Positions 1 to 12,327 of a stretch of 64,000 nt of DNA are shown in pieces. Under the pieces are notes generated by a model. It was given only the letters and a program-made list of their open reading frames with translations. It was not told the origin of the DNA and did not search any database. The position numbers and the translations under genes were made by a program. The DNA lies in assembly GCA_030390025.1 (NCBI GenBank), contig CM059432.1, forward strand, positions 10,974,001 through 11,038,000, in the 5' to 3' direction. Within the stretch, counting starts at the first letter, position 1, and every line of letters starts with the position of its first letter. This DNA is from Squalus acanthias (lineage: Eukaryota).

Positions 1-115
1 TCTTCGACCTGAAACGTTAACTCTGTTTCTCTCTCCACGGATGCTGCCTCGCCTGCTGAGTTTTTCCAGCGTTTTCTGTTATTTCGGATTTCCAGCATCT
101 GCAGTATTTTGCTAT
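1..115 (+). mobile_element. Penelope-like family B pseudo-LTR fragment, cut by the window edge inside the hammerhead
   Basis: Near identical to 51716-51800 and 52462-52575. Confidence 0.8.
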
Positions 116-412
116 CGTATTAGTGTTTATTAGTAGCATTTCCTTGGGCATTCAAGATGTCCTGGCAATTGTGTTTTTTATCGTCCTCTATGGAGAGCAA
201 AAATCAAGAGTTCTTTTGGTTCAAACTGCTCCAGAATCACTCATTGATCTGTCCCACATTTGAGTTTCGCTACCAGCTCTGGTTAACTGTGCCTGGGTGA
301 TTTAATCTCTTTAGGTTTAAGCAGATGAAGTCATACTGATCTCTCTCTGGGTATTGATCTTGACACCAGTGCTTCTGTTTAAGTGTGTTTGCCTCCAGAT
401 ACTGACCTACTA

Positions 413-812
413 CAGGAAACTTTTGTTTATCCGGCACCCAAATATCCGGAATTCTCGCTTAACCGGCAAAAATCATCCTCCGAAAACTCCTCTCAAATAA
501 CCGGCAATGTTGCCGAGTCGCAGTCGAGTCTCCGCGAACGCCGAGTACTCCGAAAACTCCTCTCAAATAACCGGCAATGTTGCCGATCCCGAGTCCGAGT
601 CCGCGAACGCCGATTTAGTCAGTAGGGGTACTTTTCAAAAGTGCCACTACTCGGCCTCCTGGCGCTGTCGGAAGTATACTGCACATTTCTTGATTTATTT
701 ATTTTTCTTTGTTAAAAATAGCCTCGGTAGATATAACTCTCCGTTATTCGGTACTTTCGATAAACCGGCACCACGCCGGTCCCGTCGGTGCCGGTTAATA
801 AAGAGTTTCCTG
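413..812. mobile_element. Tc1/pogo(Tigger)-type MITE with internal ~70-bp tandem duplication
   Basis: TA|CAGGAAACT...AGTTTCCTG|TA; same family as 36537-37176. Confidence 0.85.
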
Positions 813-1037
813 TAGTTGCAGTTGTAGAGTTTGCTGGGCACCTGCAGAGGGCTCAGGTCAGAGGTTCTCAAACTTTTTTTGCTGAGCCATCCTTCAGAGA
901 TTGATGTCCCACGCGCATACCTTCTCAGAAATGAACATCAGAAAAATATTTGAACAGTGACCGTTCTGTTTTCTCTCTTCTTTTCTCTCATCCTCTCTCC
1001 GCTTTCGCCCCTCTCCTCTCACTTACTCTCCTCTGTT

Positions 1038-3813
1038 GGCCCAGATATTCCGATCCCTACGGGTGGGTACTCGCTGTGTACCCACCTGTAGGGACATCAG
1101 AAATGCCGGTTTCAGGCATGCACTGAAAACCGGCATTTCCGATCTGTCAAGAATGGTCTTGACAGATCCTCTGGCTGCACTGGAGAAGGGCCTCTGCGGG
1201 TGGATAGTTCCGCTTTTTGGAGACCCTCCGCCTGCAGAAAACCCTTACAATTCTTACGCCTGGTAAAAGCAGGCATAAGGCCTGCTTTTACCAGGATAAG
1301 AGTTCAAAAAAGTTTTTTTTTTAATTTCACTGATTTATCATTTAAAAGTTTATTTTTAGCCGCGTAAAAAAACTTTAACTTTTTTTCAAAAAATAAATTT
1401 TTGTTTAAAATACTTAATTTATTGTAATTTCAAGTCATTTTGAAAATGTGATTTTTTAAAATTTATTTAAAGTTTTAGAAACATAGAAGATAGGAGTAGG
1501 CCATTCGGCCCATCGAACCTGCTCCACCATTTAATGAGATCATGGCTGATCATCCAAATTCAGTACCCTGTCCCTGCTTTCTTCCCATATCCCTTGATCC
1601 CTTTAGCCTTAAGAAATATATCGAACTCCTTCTTGAATATATTTAATGAATTGGCCTCAACTGCCTTGTGTGGTAGAGAATTCCACAAGTTCACCACTCT
1701 CTGGGTGAAGAAATTCCTCCTCATCTCTGTCCTAAATGGCTTACCCCTTATCCTTAGACTGTGACCCCTGGTTCTGGACTCCCCCGCCATCGGGAACATC
1801 CTTCCTGCATCTAGTCTGTCTAGTCCTGTTAGAATTTTATAAGTTTCAATGAGATCCCCTCTCATTCTTCTAAACTCCAGCGAATATAAGCCCAATCGAC
1901 CCAATCTCTCCTCATATGTCATTCCTGCCATCCCAGGTATCAGTCTGGTGAATCGTCGCTGCACTCCCTCCATGGCAAGAACATCCTTCCTCATATAAGG
2001 CGACCAAAACTGCACACAATACTCGAGGTGTGGTCTCACCAAGGCCCTGTACAACTGCAGCAAGACATCCTTGCTCCTGTACTCGAATCTTCTTGCTATG
2101 AAGGCCAACATGCCATTTGCCTTCTTAACCGCCTGCTGCACCTGCATGCTTACCTTCAGCGACTGGTGCACAAGGACACCCAGGTCTCGTTGCGCTTCCC
2201 CTTCTCCCAGTCTAGTGCCGTTCAGATAATAATCTGCCTTCCTGTTTTTGCCACCAAAGTGGATAACCTCGCATTTATCCACATTGGGCAGATGCAGTAT
2301 AATCACCCAACCTGTCCAAATCATACTGGAGTTTCTCTGCATCCTCCTCACCGTACAAACGCCCACCCAGCTTTGTGTCGTCTGCAAATTTGGAGATATT
2401 ACATCTAGTCCCCTCGTCTAGATCATTAATATATATTGTGAATAGCTGGGGTCCTCGCACCGATCCCTGCAGTACCCCACTAGTCACTGCCTGCCACTCA
2501 GAAAATGACCCGTTTATTCCAACTCTTTGCTTCCTGTCTGCCAACCAGTTCTCTATCCAAGTCAGTACCTTACCCCCAATCCCATGTGCTTTAACTTTGC
2601 ACGCTAATCTCTTATGCGGGACCTTATCGAAAGCCTTCTGAAAGTCCAAATACACCACATCCACTGGTTCTCCCTTATCTATTCTACCAGTTACATCCTC
2701 AAAAAATTCCAGGAGATTAGTCAAGCACGATTTACCTTTTGTAAATCCATGTTGACTTTGTCCGATCCTGTCACTGTTTTTCAAGTGCTCAGCTATTACA
2801 TCCTTTATAATGGAGTCAAGCATTTTCCCCACTACTGATGTCAGGCTTACGGGTCTATAATTCCCCATTTTCTCTCTACCACCTTTTTTAAATAGTGGGG
2901 TTACATTAGCTACCCTCCAATCCATGGGAACTGTGCCAGAGTCTATAGAATTTTGGAAGATGACCAGCAATGCATCTACTGTTTCTAGGGCCACTTCCTT
3001 AAGTACCCTAGGATGTAGATTATCAGGCCCTGGGGATTTATCGGCCTTCAATCCCGTCAATTTCCCAAACACCATTTTCCTACAAATACTGATTTCATTC
3101 AGTTCCGCCCTCTCATTAGACCCTATGTTCCCTGACATCTCTGGGAGGTTATTTGTGTCCTCCTTTGTGAAGACAGAACCAAAATATGTATTTAATTGGT
3201 CAGCCATTTCTTTGTTCCCCATTATAAATTCCCTGATTCTGACTGCAAGGGACCTACGCTTGACTTCACCAATCTTTTTCTCTTCACATATCTATAGAAG
3301 CTTTTACAGTCAGTTTTTATGTTCCCTGCAAGCTTACTCTCATACTCTATTTCCCCCCTCTTAATTAATCCTTTTGTCCTCCTTTGCTGAATCCTAAACT
3401 GCTCCCAATCCTCAGGTTTGCTGCTTTTTCTGGCCAATTTATATGTCCTCTCCTTGGATCTTATGCTATCCTTAATTTCCCTTGTTAGCCACGGTTGCGC
3501 CACCTTTTTTGTTTTATTTTTATGCCAGACAGGGATGTTTTTGGGGTGATCTCCATTCATATATTTGACAGGTCTTCCTGTCAAATGTATGAAGGGAGAT
3601 TCCCTTCTTTGATTGGCTCCCCATGGCCCACGTGATCCCAGGGATGCTGCGAACTACATGCGCCCCTGGGATACGTGGGCCCTGCGCACTTCAAATTTGG
3701 AGAGGCCCAGGAGCGGAAGCCTGTGTGTCCCGGGAGCCCTCGGGTAAGGGCATAGAGTTTTCCAGATCGCAGCCCTCCGCCCGCGGGAGGCCTGCGATTG
3801 GAAAATACAGGCC
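1038..3813. mobile_element. GGCC-ended, palindrome-rich MITE (Harbinger-like), split by a CR1
   Basis: 1038-1476 and 3538-3813 match the reverse complement of the uninterrupted copy at 39220-39946. Confidence 0.75.
1477..3537 (-). mobile_element. CR1 LINE subfamily A, 5'-truncated, frameshifted RT
   Basis: ORFs with [25 protein letters not shown]1 3' hairpin tail. Confidence 0.95.
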
Positions 3814-4479
3814 ATTATCTTATTGATCTTTCCTCTGATGAGAGCAAAGAGCCAATGTCCACCAGCTCTACCTTCTCCAGTAGCTCGCCCCAAATAAGTT
3901 TCCTGTCATCAGTGCTGTGAGCCAGCCCATCCTCACACACCCCCAGTTTGGGAACCTGTCGCTTCGGTAATTTTCATGTGAACTGCTCCTGGTAGCAATC
4001 AGAATGGATCGAACTTTTAGTCAGAGACTTACAGAAGCGCGTAACATAATTACTGGTTTTCACTCACTCCTCCGTCTTGATCTAAGTTATGACCGATGGC
4101 GAGGCCCCGGGGGGGCTGCTACACATCTCTTTTGGAAACCCAAAATTAGATGGGGGTGTCATGTTTGAGGCACTTTTTTTTTAATCCTCTTGGATATCTG
4201 AAGGCTGGCAATGTTAGCCCTTGGTAACCCTAGCCTTGGGGTGCCACATTTGACTCTGATAATGACCTCCTGTTCAAAGCTTTTTTAATTGTTTGGGTCT
4301 CCCACATACCACCAGACCAAGTTTCTTGAGAGTCTTTCATTCTGCTCCAACAGTTTTCTATTCTCTGCTTCTGAAGAGAGTGTTGCTGGGATATGGTTCC
4401 ACAGGTAGTCACAGTCCTCGTGTTGCCATGTGTAAGCCTTGGATGGTGAGTGTGAGCAGTCGATTCAGACTGTGAGGTC

Positions 4480-6242
4480 ATCACTAAGGAAGTGGTACTC
4501 AGTAAAATAATGGGACTCAAGGCGGATAAATCACCTGGACCTGATGGCTTACATCCTAGAGTCTTGAAGGAAGTGGCGGTAGGGATTGTAGATGCATTGG
4601 TAATAATTTTTCAAAACTCCCTGGATTCCGCTAAGGTCCCGGCAGACTGGAAAACTGCTAATGTAACACCCTTATTTAAAAAGGGCAGTAGACAGAAGGC
4701 TGGTAACTATAGACCGGTTAGCCTAACATCTGTGGTAGGTAAAATTTTGGAGTCCATTATTAAGGAAACAGTAACAGGACATTTGGATAATCATAATTTA
4801 ATAGGACAAAGTCAGCATGGTTTTACGAAGGGGAAGTCATGTTTGACAAATTTGCTGGAGTTCTTTGAGGAAGTAACATATAGAGTGGATAAAGGGGAAC
4901 CAGTGGACGTAGTGTATTTAGACTTCCAAAAGGCATTTGACAAGGTGCCACACAAAAGATTATTGCTTAAGGTAAAAAATCACGGGATTGGGGGTAATAT
5001 TCTGGCATGGATAGAGGATTGGCTATCTAACAGAAAGCAAAGAGTTGGGATAAATGGTTCATTCTCAGACTGGCAATCAGTAACTAGTGGTGTTCCACAG
5101 GGGTCAGTGCTGGGTCCCCAACTCTTCACAATCTATATTAACGATTTGGAGGAAGGGACCAAGTGTAACATATCAAAATTTGCAAAGATGGGAGGGAAAG
5201 TAGTGAGTGAGGAGGACATAAAAAACCTGCAAGGAGACATAGACAGGCTAAGTAAGTGGGCAGAGATTTGGCAGATGGAATACAACACTGGAAAGTGTGA
5301 GGTGATGCACTTTGGCAGGAAAAATCCTAGAGCAATTTATTATCTTAATGGCAAGAAACTGGAGAGTACTGAAGTGCAAAGGGATCTGGGGGTCCTGGTG
5401 CACGAAACTCAAAAGGTTAGTATGCAGGTGCAGCAAGTGATTAAGAAGGCAAATGGAATGTTGGCTTTCATTGCTAGGGGGATAGAATATAAAAATAGGG
5501 AAGTATTGCTTCAGTTGTACAAGGTATTGGTGAGACCGCACCTGGAATACTGCATACAGTTTTGGTGTCCTTACTTAAGGAAAGACATCCTTGCTCTTGA
5601 GGCAGTGCAAAAAAGGTTCACTCGGTTAATCCCGGGGATGAGGGGGTGGTCATATGAGGAGAGGTTGTGTAGATTGGGACTCTACTCATTGGAGTTCAGA
5701 AGAATGAGAGGAGATCTTATTGAAACATATAAGATTGTGAAGGGGTTGGATCGGGTGGATGCGGGGAGGATGTTCCCGATGACGGGTGAGACTAGAACTA
5801 GGGGACATAGTCTTAGAATAAGGGGCTGCTCTTTCAAAACTGAGATGAGGAGGAACTACTTCACTCAGAGGGTGGTAGGTCCATGGAATATGCTGCCACA
5901 AAAAGCTGTAGAAGCTACATCATTAAATAAATTTAAAACAGAAATAGACAGTTTCCTAGAAGTAAAGGGCATTAAGGGTTACGGGGAGCGGGCAGGAATT
6001 TGGACATGAGTCTAGGTTCGGATCCGGTCATGGCCCTGTGGGTAGTGGAGCGGGCCCAGGGACCGTGTAGCCTGATTCTGCTCCTATTTCGTGTGTGCAA
6101 TTCTGTTAGATGCAGGAGATGGTTCTGTGATAGATAGTAGATTGGCGGTTAGGATCAGATCAGCCATGATCTTATTGAATGGCGGAGCAGGCTCGAGGGG
6201 CCGATTGGCCTACTCCTGCTCCTATTTCTTATGTTCTTATGT
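4480..6242 (+). mobile_element. CR1 LINE subfamily B, 5'-truncated; 505-aa open RT frame lacking the catalytic DD
   Basis: ORF 4492..6009 reads SKFAKMGG where other copies read [11 protein letters not shown]. Confidence 0.95.
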
Positions 6243-6561
6243 ATCACAGACAAGCCAGATCCTGCCCTCACCCAGTGTCCACATTTATAGCAGGAAAACT
6301 GAATTAATTTTTCTCTCCCTACCGCAGCGGTGCTCTGATGTAGTGCTATAATTCTACCTGTCACAATTTGTGCCTATAAAGATAGCCCTTGGCAAATAAA
6401 CTTGAACTGTTTTAAAATATAAAACTAGAATACTAAGCAGCTTGGACAATAATGACACCGGAGTTATATGACCCGCACTGCGCAGCTTATTTTATATAAA
6501 CTACTGGTGTTTGCATATGAGTTTATACTGCGTGTTAACACAATGTGTATTAATATTACAG

Positions 6562-6857
6562 GTGATGGAGGTGGTGGAGGGGATGGTAGTAGTGGGAATG
6601 AAGAAGATGGAAATGGTGTGTCAACTATTCCTTCTAATTCTACAACCTATGATCGGTGGGGACGTGAAATAGTGGACAGAAATATAGCTGGAGAAGAAGA
6701 TGACAATGATAGTATGGCAACTGTTCCTTCTAATACTGCAGCATATGATAATTTGCGAGGCCTCAGAATAGTGGATAGGAATATAGCTGGACAAGACCAA
6801 GCACGTAGTGCACTTCCATTACAAGGGAACAGGGAGTTTATTCCTGGTCAGATTGAG
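6562..6857 (+). CDS. CEP192: CEP192 exon (phase 1-0), GDGGGG...IPGQIE, with internal tandem repeat
   Basis: tacag acceptor, GAG|gtaaga donor, open frame in ORF 6468..6878. Confidence 0.8.
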
Positions 6858-7040
6858 GTAAGAAAGCAAATAAAATAAGTTTACTGTTTTCCATCTCCTT
6901 TCTCTCTGTAAACCTATTCCTGAACACTCTATCACATTTATAAATTTGAGTTGCAGTGATTAATAAATTTGCATAATTATAACATACATATTTTATTTAC
7001 ATACCGCTTCCTGCACTGTAGTTAACTTCTTTTCTTTTAG

Positions 7041-7151
7041 ACAGAGGGTCGTTTAGGCCCAGTAGGCAATGGAAAAGTGATTTCTACTGTTCCTGGAACA
7101 GCTGTTAACTTATCCTCCAAAAGAAGTTCAACTCATCGCCAGGAAGCTTTA
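7041..7151 (+). CDS. CEP192: CEP192 exon (phase 0-0), TEGRLGPVG...RQEAL
   Basis: Pyrimidine tract + ttag acceptor, gtaagt donor, 111 nt, phase fits both neighbours; weak sequence recognition. Confidence 0.7.
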
Positions 7152-9333
7152 GTAAGTAAAGTCCCTTCAAAGGCAATGACTGCTATAATTTTTAAATCAC
7201 TTTGGAATTCCTGCCTACCTGAGGTGACATCGTGTCTGACATCAAGGATGATAGACCTCTGACCAATCTCGGAGATATAAATTGTGAGATGGAGGTGCTG
7301 CAAGAAGGTGGAAATAGTTGCAGGGAGGGAGGGCTGTGGGCTGCGCTGACCTGTTGATGAGTGTCCTGGCGTGAGAGAGAGCCTCAAGGCAAGTAATATC
7401 TTTTTGTCAAAGCCCCTCATGTGAGGACCTGGATTAAGCAGTTGTTAAGCTTGGTGTTGGTTTTTGGACACCGAGAACGTTGAGGTGGCTCGTATATCAA
7501 AAGCTGCCCTGCCAAGGTCCTTCCTCCATGCGGCCCATTGTACAGCTGATGAGGAAACTCTTGAGCGTGGAACGACAGCTGCTGGAGGGTGTTGCTGCAG
7601 GCCTGGGTTTGAGAACGTGCATTCTTATATTCATGGCTTGGTGCTTGGTTTTTTTTTTATTTTGTTTTCAGAATCTTGGCGATGCTCGTAAAGCCACGTT
7701 TAGTGCCCATCCCGACAATCATTGGGTGGCAGAGAAGCAAACCGATGCTGTTGAAGCTCCACACCTCCAGCTGGTGGAACCACTATTTGATAGAATTTGA
7801 TGTTTGTCCATAATGTGGTTAGGAGAATGGTGGCAATGCACTTGCACATCTTTATGGGGATTTGTGCTGCTCATAATGCTGCTTTTGGAATCTACTCTAT
7901 CTAGTCAGGGTTCAAAACTGCTCTTGCCAGTTGTCTAATGATTAGTGAATATCCTCCGGAGGTGGGGAGAGGGTTAAAGTAGCTCCAAGATGACATGCCT
8001 GCAGTAGAAGTTTGAAATCAAGTCAGCCCCTTTATTGACTTGGCAATTCAGTACTTGAGCCAGGCCCATCTCTATTTTGCAGGGCACTGTTGATGATTAC
8101 CCAGCCAGCCTACTCATGAATGGAACATGGAGTGGGCTGGTAATTCCTCCCACTCTGCTCCAGGTAATCCTGCAAGCTGTTGCCCCAATGGGTAGGGTAG
8201 TCCAGGTTGAACAAGCAGCAGGGAGACTATTAGTGATTTAGGCTGGGTTGTTTTAGTTGGTTGAACTCGAGCTTGTACCCTTGTTCACATTTAAGGGCCC
8301 CTTCGCATTGGTTTTGCCAACTTGTGTTTAAGATCTGTGGACTTGGTTAATGGGGTGTTTCCCTTTTAAGGAGAAGGTGTACGTTTTGTATTGGGCAAAT
8401 TGAATCTCTCGATGTTTTCAGTGGTTGATGCAAAAACAAAAGCTACCTCACATCCCCACATTGTTTCCTGAACAGCCTGCCTCCCTGCATATTGAATTCA
8501 TTCCCATCTTCGTGGTTCCACAATCCTTAAATTGTATTTTTCTTCTAATACACTGCTTTCAGTTTCAGTATTTTATTCCAAATGCTTCTAGCTTTTGGGG
8601 GAAGGCATTCTACTGAATTCCTGACTCTCTTGTCTTGAATTTTTAGCCTTTTTAAATTTACTATGTTTAAATTTATTTCCTGCTTTCTTTTCTCCTTCCC
8701 TAAGACTACCTTCCAAGTTCTGCTTTTCCACAGTTAAAGTCTGACCATTTCAGTTCAGTACAGGCCAGATCCAGTCAGTCTTCCTTTTCCTTTCATGTAC
8801 CAGGACCTCAACCCCTGAAGAGCACCTTCCCTCTCACACACTTGTTATCTTTAGGACTTTTGAATAAGACTGTTAATAAAGTTTCTGAATAATGAGTAGT
8901 AGTTTTGCTGTAGATTTGTGCTAGTTAGAATTGGATTGAGGCTATGCAAAGTAACTTCACCAAAGGATCAGTACAAACATTGGAGAAATGGCACACATCC
9001 CAACAGTCTGGGATGGATTGAACCCAGGTAGGAGAAGCGGTAGTGCAGTGGGCTAAAGAATTGCCACCCAGTTCTGTTAAATGTTCACAGGAAATCAGTA
9101 TAGTAATTTTGTATGGTCTATTTGCTAAATGATCAAAATTGTTACAGAAACCTGCTGGATTCGAAATTAAAAAAATATGGCTCATGTCTAATTAGCTATC
9201 TCATTTAGCTAAAAGCACAGTGCATGTAGTGGCATTACTTTGTTTCAGATATGATTTTTACATCGCTTCTATGTTTTAAAGGTTTGTGCAACTGAGCCCC
9301 AGGTAGCCTAACTTTATTTCTGTTGTTCCACAG

Positions 9334-9751
9334 GATGCTATGGATACTAGTGTGAATGATGAAATGAAGCTGGATTCTGTATATTTTCGCTCTGTGGACG
9401 GCAATACTACCGCAGCCGACCAGTTACTTTCTACTGCCCAAGGCACGCCTTTCCGTCTCTCGCAGATCACCTGCTCACCTAGTGGTGATAATGACTTGGG
9501 TCTTCGAGATGGACCTTGTGGATACACAACAGTAGGCCAGACACCTGTTACAGGAACTGGTGATGAAGATGACCAGACCTCCAATGGAGGCTCAGGCCCA
9601 CCACTTGCTGCTGTCTACTTATCACCCGTGTATCCAGATGAAAATGCAACTGAGCTATGGCAGGACTCCTCAAAAAACTCTCAGTTTCATGAGCAACAGA
9701 AAGCTGACTGGAGCTGTGGCACTGGGTACTCCCAATGGGATACTGGAGAAG
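9334..9751 (+). CDS. CEP192: CEP192 exon (phase 0-1), DAMDTSVNDEMKLDSVYFRS...
   Basis: ccacag acceptor, G|gtacct donor, ORF 9340..9771. Confidence 0.82.
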
Positions 9752-10084
9752 GTACCTCTTGCAGTTGCTAATTCTAAACTACATGGTCATATTGACTGAG
9801 ATTAATCGCAGGTGCTAACAAACTCTATAGCTCGATGTATTTTTAGGTGACTTTTGTTTAACTGATTCCTAAGGGCTTATGTAATGAAAATATAGTTGCA
9901 ATTGGCTTTAATATTACTCTTATGCAGCTTTCATTTTATCATTCAAAAAAAACTCTCACTAATATTTAATCATAGATTCTGGTTAAAAAATGCTGCTGAG
10001 AGCACAGAGGACTCCATCCAGCACTTCTACACACATGAATATCATCAGTTTGCCTAGGTGTCATCTGTAGCATGTACATCAGTA

Positions 10085-10482
10085 GCATCTGAGAAAAACA
10101 CATCTGAATATTTTCTTAATGGTGAGACTAGGAGGAGCAAAGGGATTTGGGTGCCCATGTGCACAAATCACTACAAGCTAGTGCACAGGTACAAAAAGCA
10201 ATCAAAACAGCTAATAGAATGTTTATTATTTTAAAGGGGTTGGAATACAGAAGTGAGGAAGTGTAGAAAACTTTCGTCAGACCCTGTACGGAGAACTGCA
10301 TTCAGTTTTAGGCCACTACACCTCGGTAAAGATGTATTATCCTTGGAGAGGGGTACAGTGCAGATTCACCAGAATTATATCGGGGCTTTAAAGAGTTAAA
10401 TGGAGGACAGGTTACATGAACTTGGTTTGTATTCCCTTGAGTTCAGAAAATTCAGGGCTGATCTAGTCGAGGTGTTTAAAAT
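10085..10482 (+). mobile_element. Degraded CR1 fragment
   Basis: LGLYSLEFR-type remnant. Confidence 0.75.
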
Positions 10483-10489
10483 GCCTCTG

Positions 10490-11883
10490 CTCTGCTGTTA
10501 TATCCCTTCCCCTTGGCCATCAAGCCAAACCTCCTTCCAGGGTTCCCACGGCCCTCGTTCTGACTATGCATATTTTTTCTAGTTCTCTCATGTCCCTTCC
10601 AAACTCATCTTGTCGACAGAACCCACTTCCTGCTCCCTGGACCCTATTCCCACTAAACTGCGAACCACTTATCTTCCATTCCAGGCCCCGAGGCTAGCTG
10701 ACATTGTAATTAATACCCTCTCGTCAGGTACTGTCCCTCTCCCTTTCAAAACACTATCCTCATCCTCTTCTCAAAATTAAAAAAACACCCTGTCCTTGCA
10801 AACTACTGTCCCAGTTCCAGCCTCCCTTTCCTCTCAAGCCCTTGAAAGTTTTGTTGCCTCAAAAATCTGTGCCCAGCTTTCCCACAACTCCATGTTTGAA
10901 TCTCTCCAATCAGGTTTCTGTCCCTGCCACAGTACTGAAACTGCTCCAATCAAAATCACAAATGACATTCTCTGTATGTGAGCTTGTGCACTATCCTTCC
11001 TCGACTTCTCTGCAGCTTTCGACGTGGTCTACCATGGCATCCTCCTCCAACACCTCTCCTCTGTTGTTGAGTTTAGCGGGGCTTACCTTATTTAGTTCCA
11101 CTCTTAACTATAATAGTAACATTTCCAGCAATGATTTCTCTTCTGTTACCTTTGGAGTCCCCCAAGGATCCATCTTCAGCCCCATCCTCTTCCTTTTACA
11201 ATCAAACCGCATGATGACGTCGTCGAGGGGCAACACGCGGTCAGATTGTACACGTACACTGCCGATGCCCTCTGTAACCTCGTCCACCTCTGCTGCTTCA
11301 TCCATGCGTTTGTCACCGCCAGACCTGATTGTTCCAATGCTTTCCTGGCCTGCCTCCCATAATCTGCTCTGTGAATTACAATTCATCTAAATCTCTGCCT
11401 GTATCCTATCCTAAATCAAGTCTAGCTCAACCATGACTCCTGTCCTTGTTGATGAACATTGGTTTCCAGTTCCTCAAAGCTTCCAATTTAAAATTCACAT
11501 CCTCTTGTTTAAATCCCTTCACGGCCATGCCCTTCCCTGCCTCTATAACCTTCTTCTCCAGTTCTACAACCCTCCCCCCCCCCCACCACTGCACACCAGA
11601 ACTCTGCGTTTATCTGACACTGGATTTGTGCATACCCACCTTGCTTTGCCCCACTATATGTGACCATGCTTTCAGCCATTTGAGCCCCATGCCTTGGAAT
11701 TCCCTTCTCAAAGCCCCTCTCCTCCTTTTAAGACCCTTCTTAAAACCCACTTCAGATCAAGCTTTTGATCACCCTTTCTAATATCTCCTCCTTCAGATCA
11801 GCATCCATTGTTGTCTGGTTATGACTGAAGCACCTTGGGACAGCTTTCTACAATAAAGGTGCGAGATAAATGCAAGTTATTGT
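10490..11883 (+). mobile_element. Degraded L2-type LINE 3' part
   Basis: QSGFCPCHSTETA and GVPQGS remnants; tail ataaatgcaagttattg. Confidence 0.75.
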
Positions 11884-12327
11884 ATCTAATAGCAGTCTTG
11901 AAAGACAGCAAAGGTTGTGGGTAGACTGCTACTTTCACCCTAATGTAATAATAGCATAACTTGGCAATTCGGTCCTGATTAGTTCCAAATGTGCAAAGCT
12001 GTGAGATGTGAGGCCCCCTCCATGCAGCCTCCTCATACTTGGGTTTGCAGCAGAGTGCCGTTCTAGTCTGATATGAAGGCGGTTTTAAAAAATGGTCAGG
12101 TGGTTCATTCTATTTGCTAAGCACTTCAAATTTAGTATTGGTTCTTAATGTGGAAAGCAGAGGTTCCCACGTTCGAGCTAACTTTAAAAAAAAAAAGCTG
12201 CACACTGGGACTGGTTGTGGAGGTCTGCGTGCATGTGAATACGTGCTGCGCTCTTTTCAAAGAATGTGGCGGCCAGTAGGTAGTGTCACTCTCGTTTAGC
12301 CAGGTGTCACTCTGGACTGACCATGAA

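Larger units (their letters stand above)
859..3960. mobile_element. Old hAT-type non-autonomous element hosting nested insertions
   Basis: cagaggttctcaaact / agtttgggaacctgtc imperfect TIRs; flanks gctcaggt / gcttcggt (6/8). Confidence 0.6.

Noticed and set aside
478..613. CRISPR-like repeats
   Set aside because: Two adjacent ~70-bp units without spacers, inside a MITE
7240..7800. Possible old TE coding remnant (also 39990-40560 and 51950-52410)
   Set aside because: No motif or terminus I could identify; a translated search against a TE library is needed
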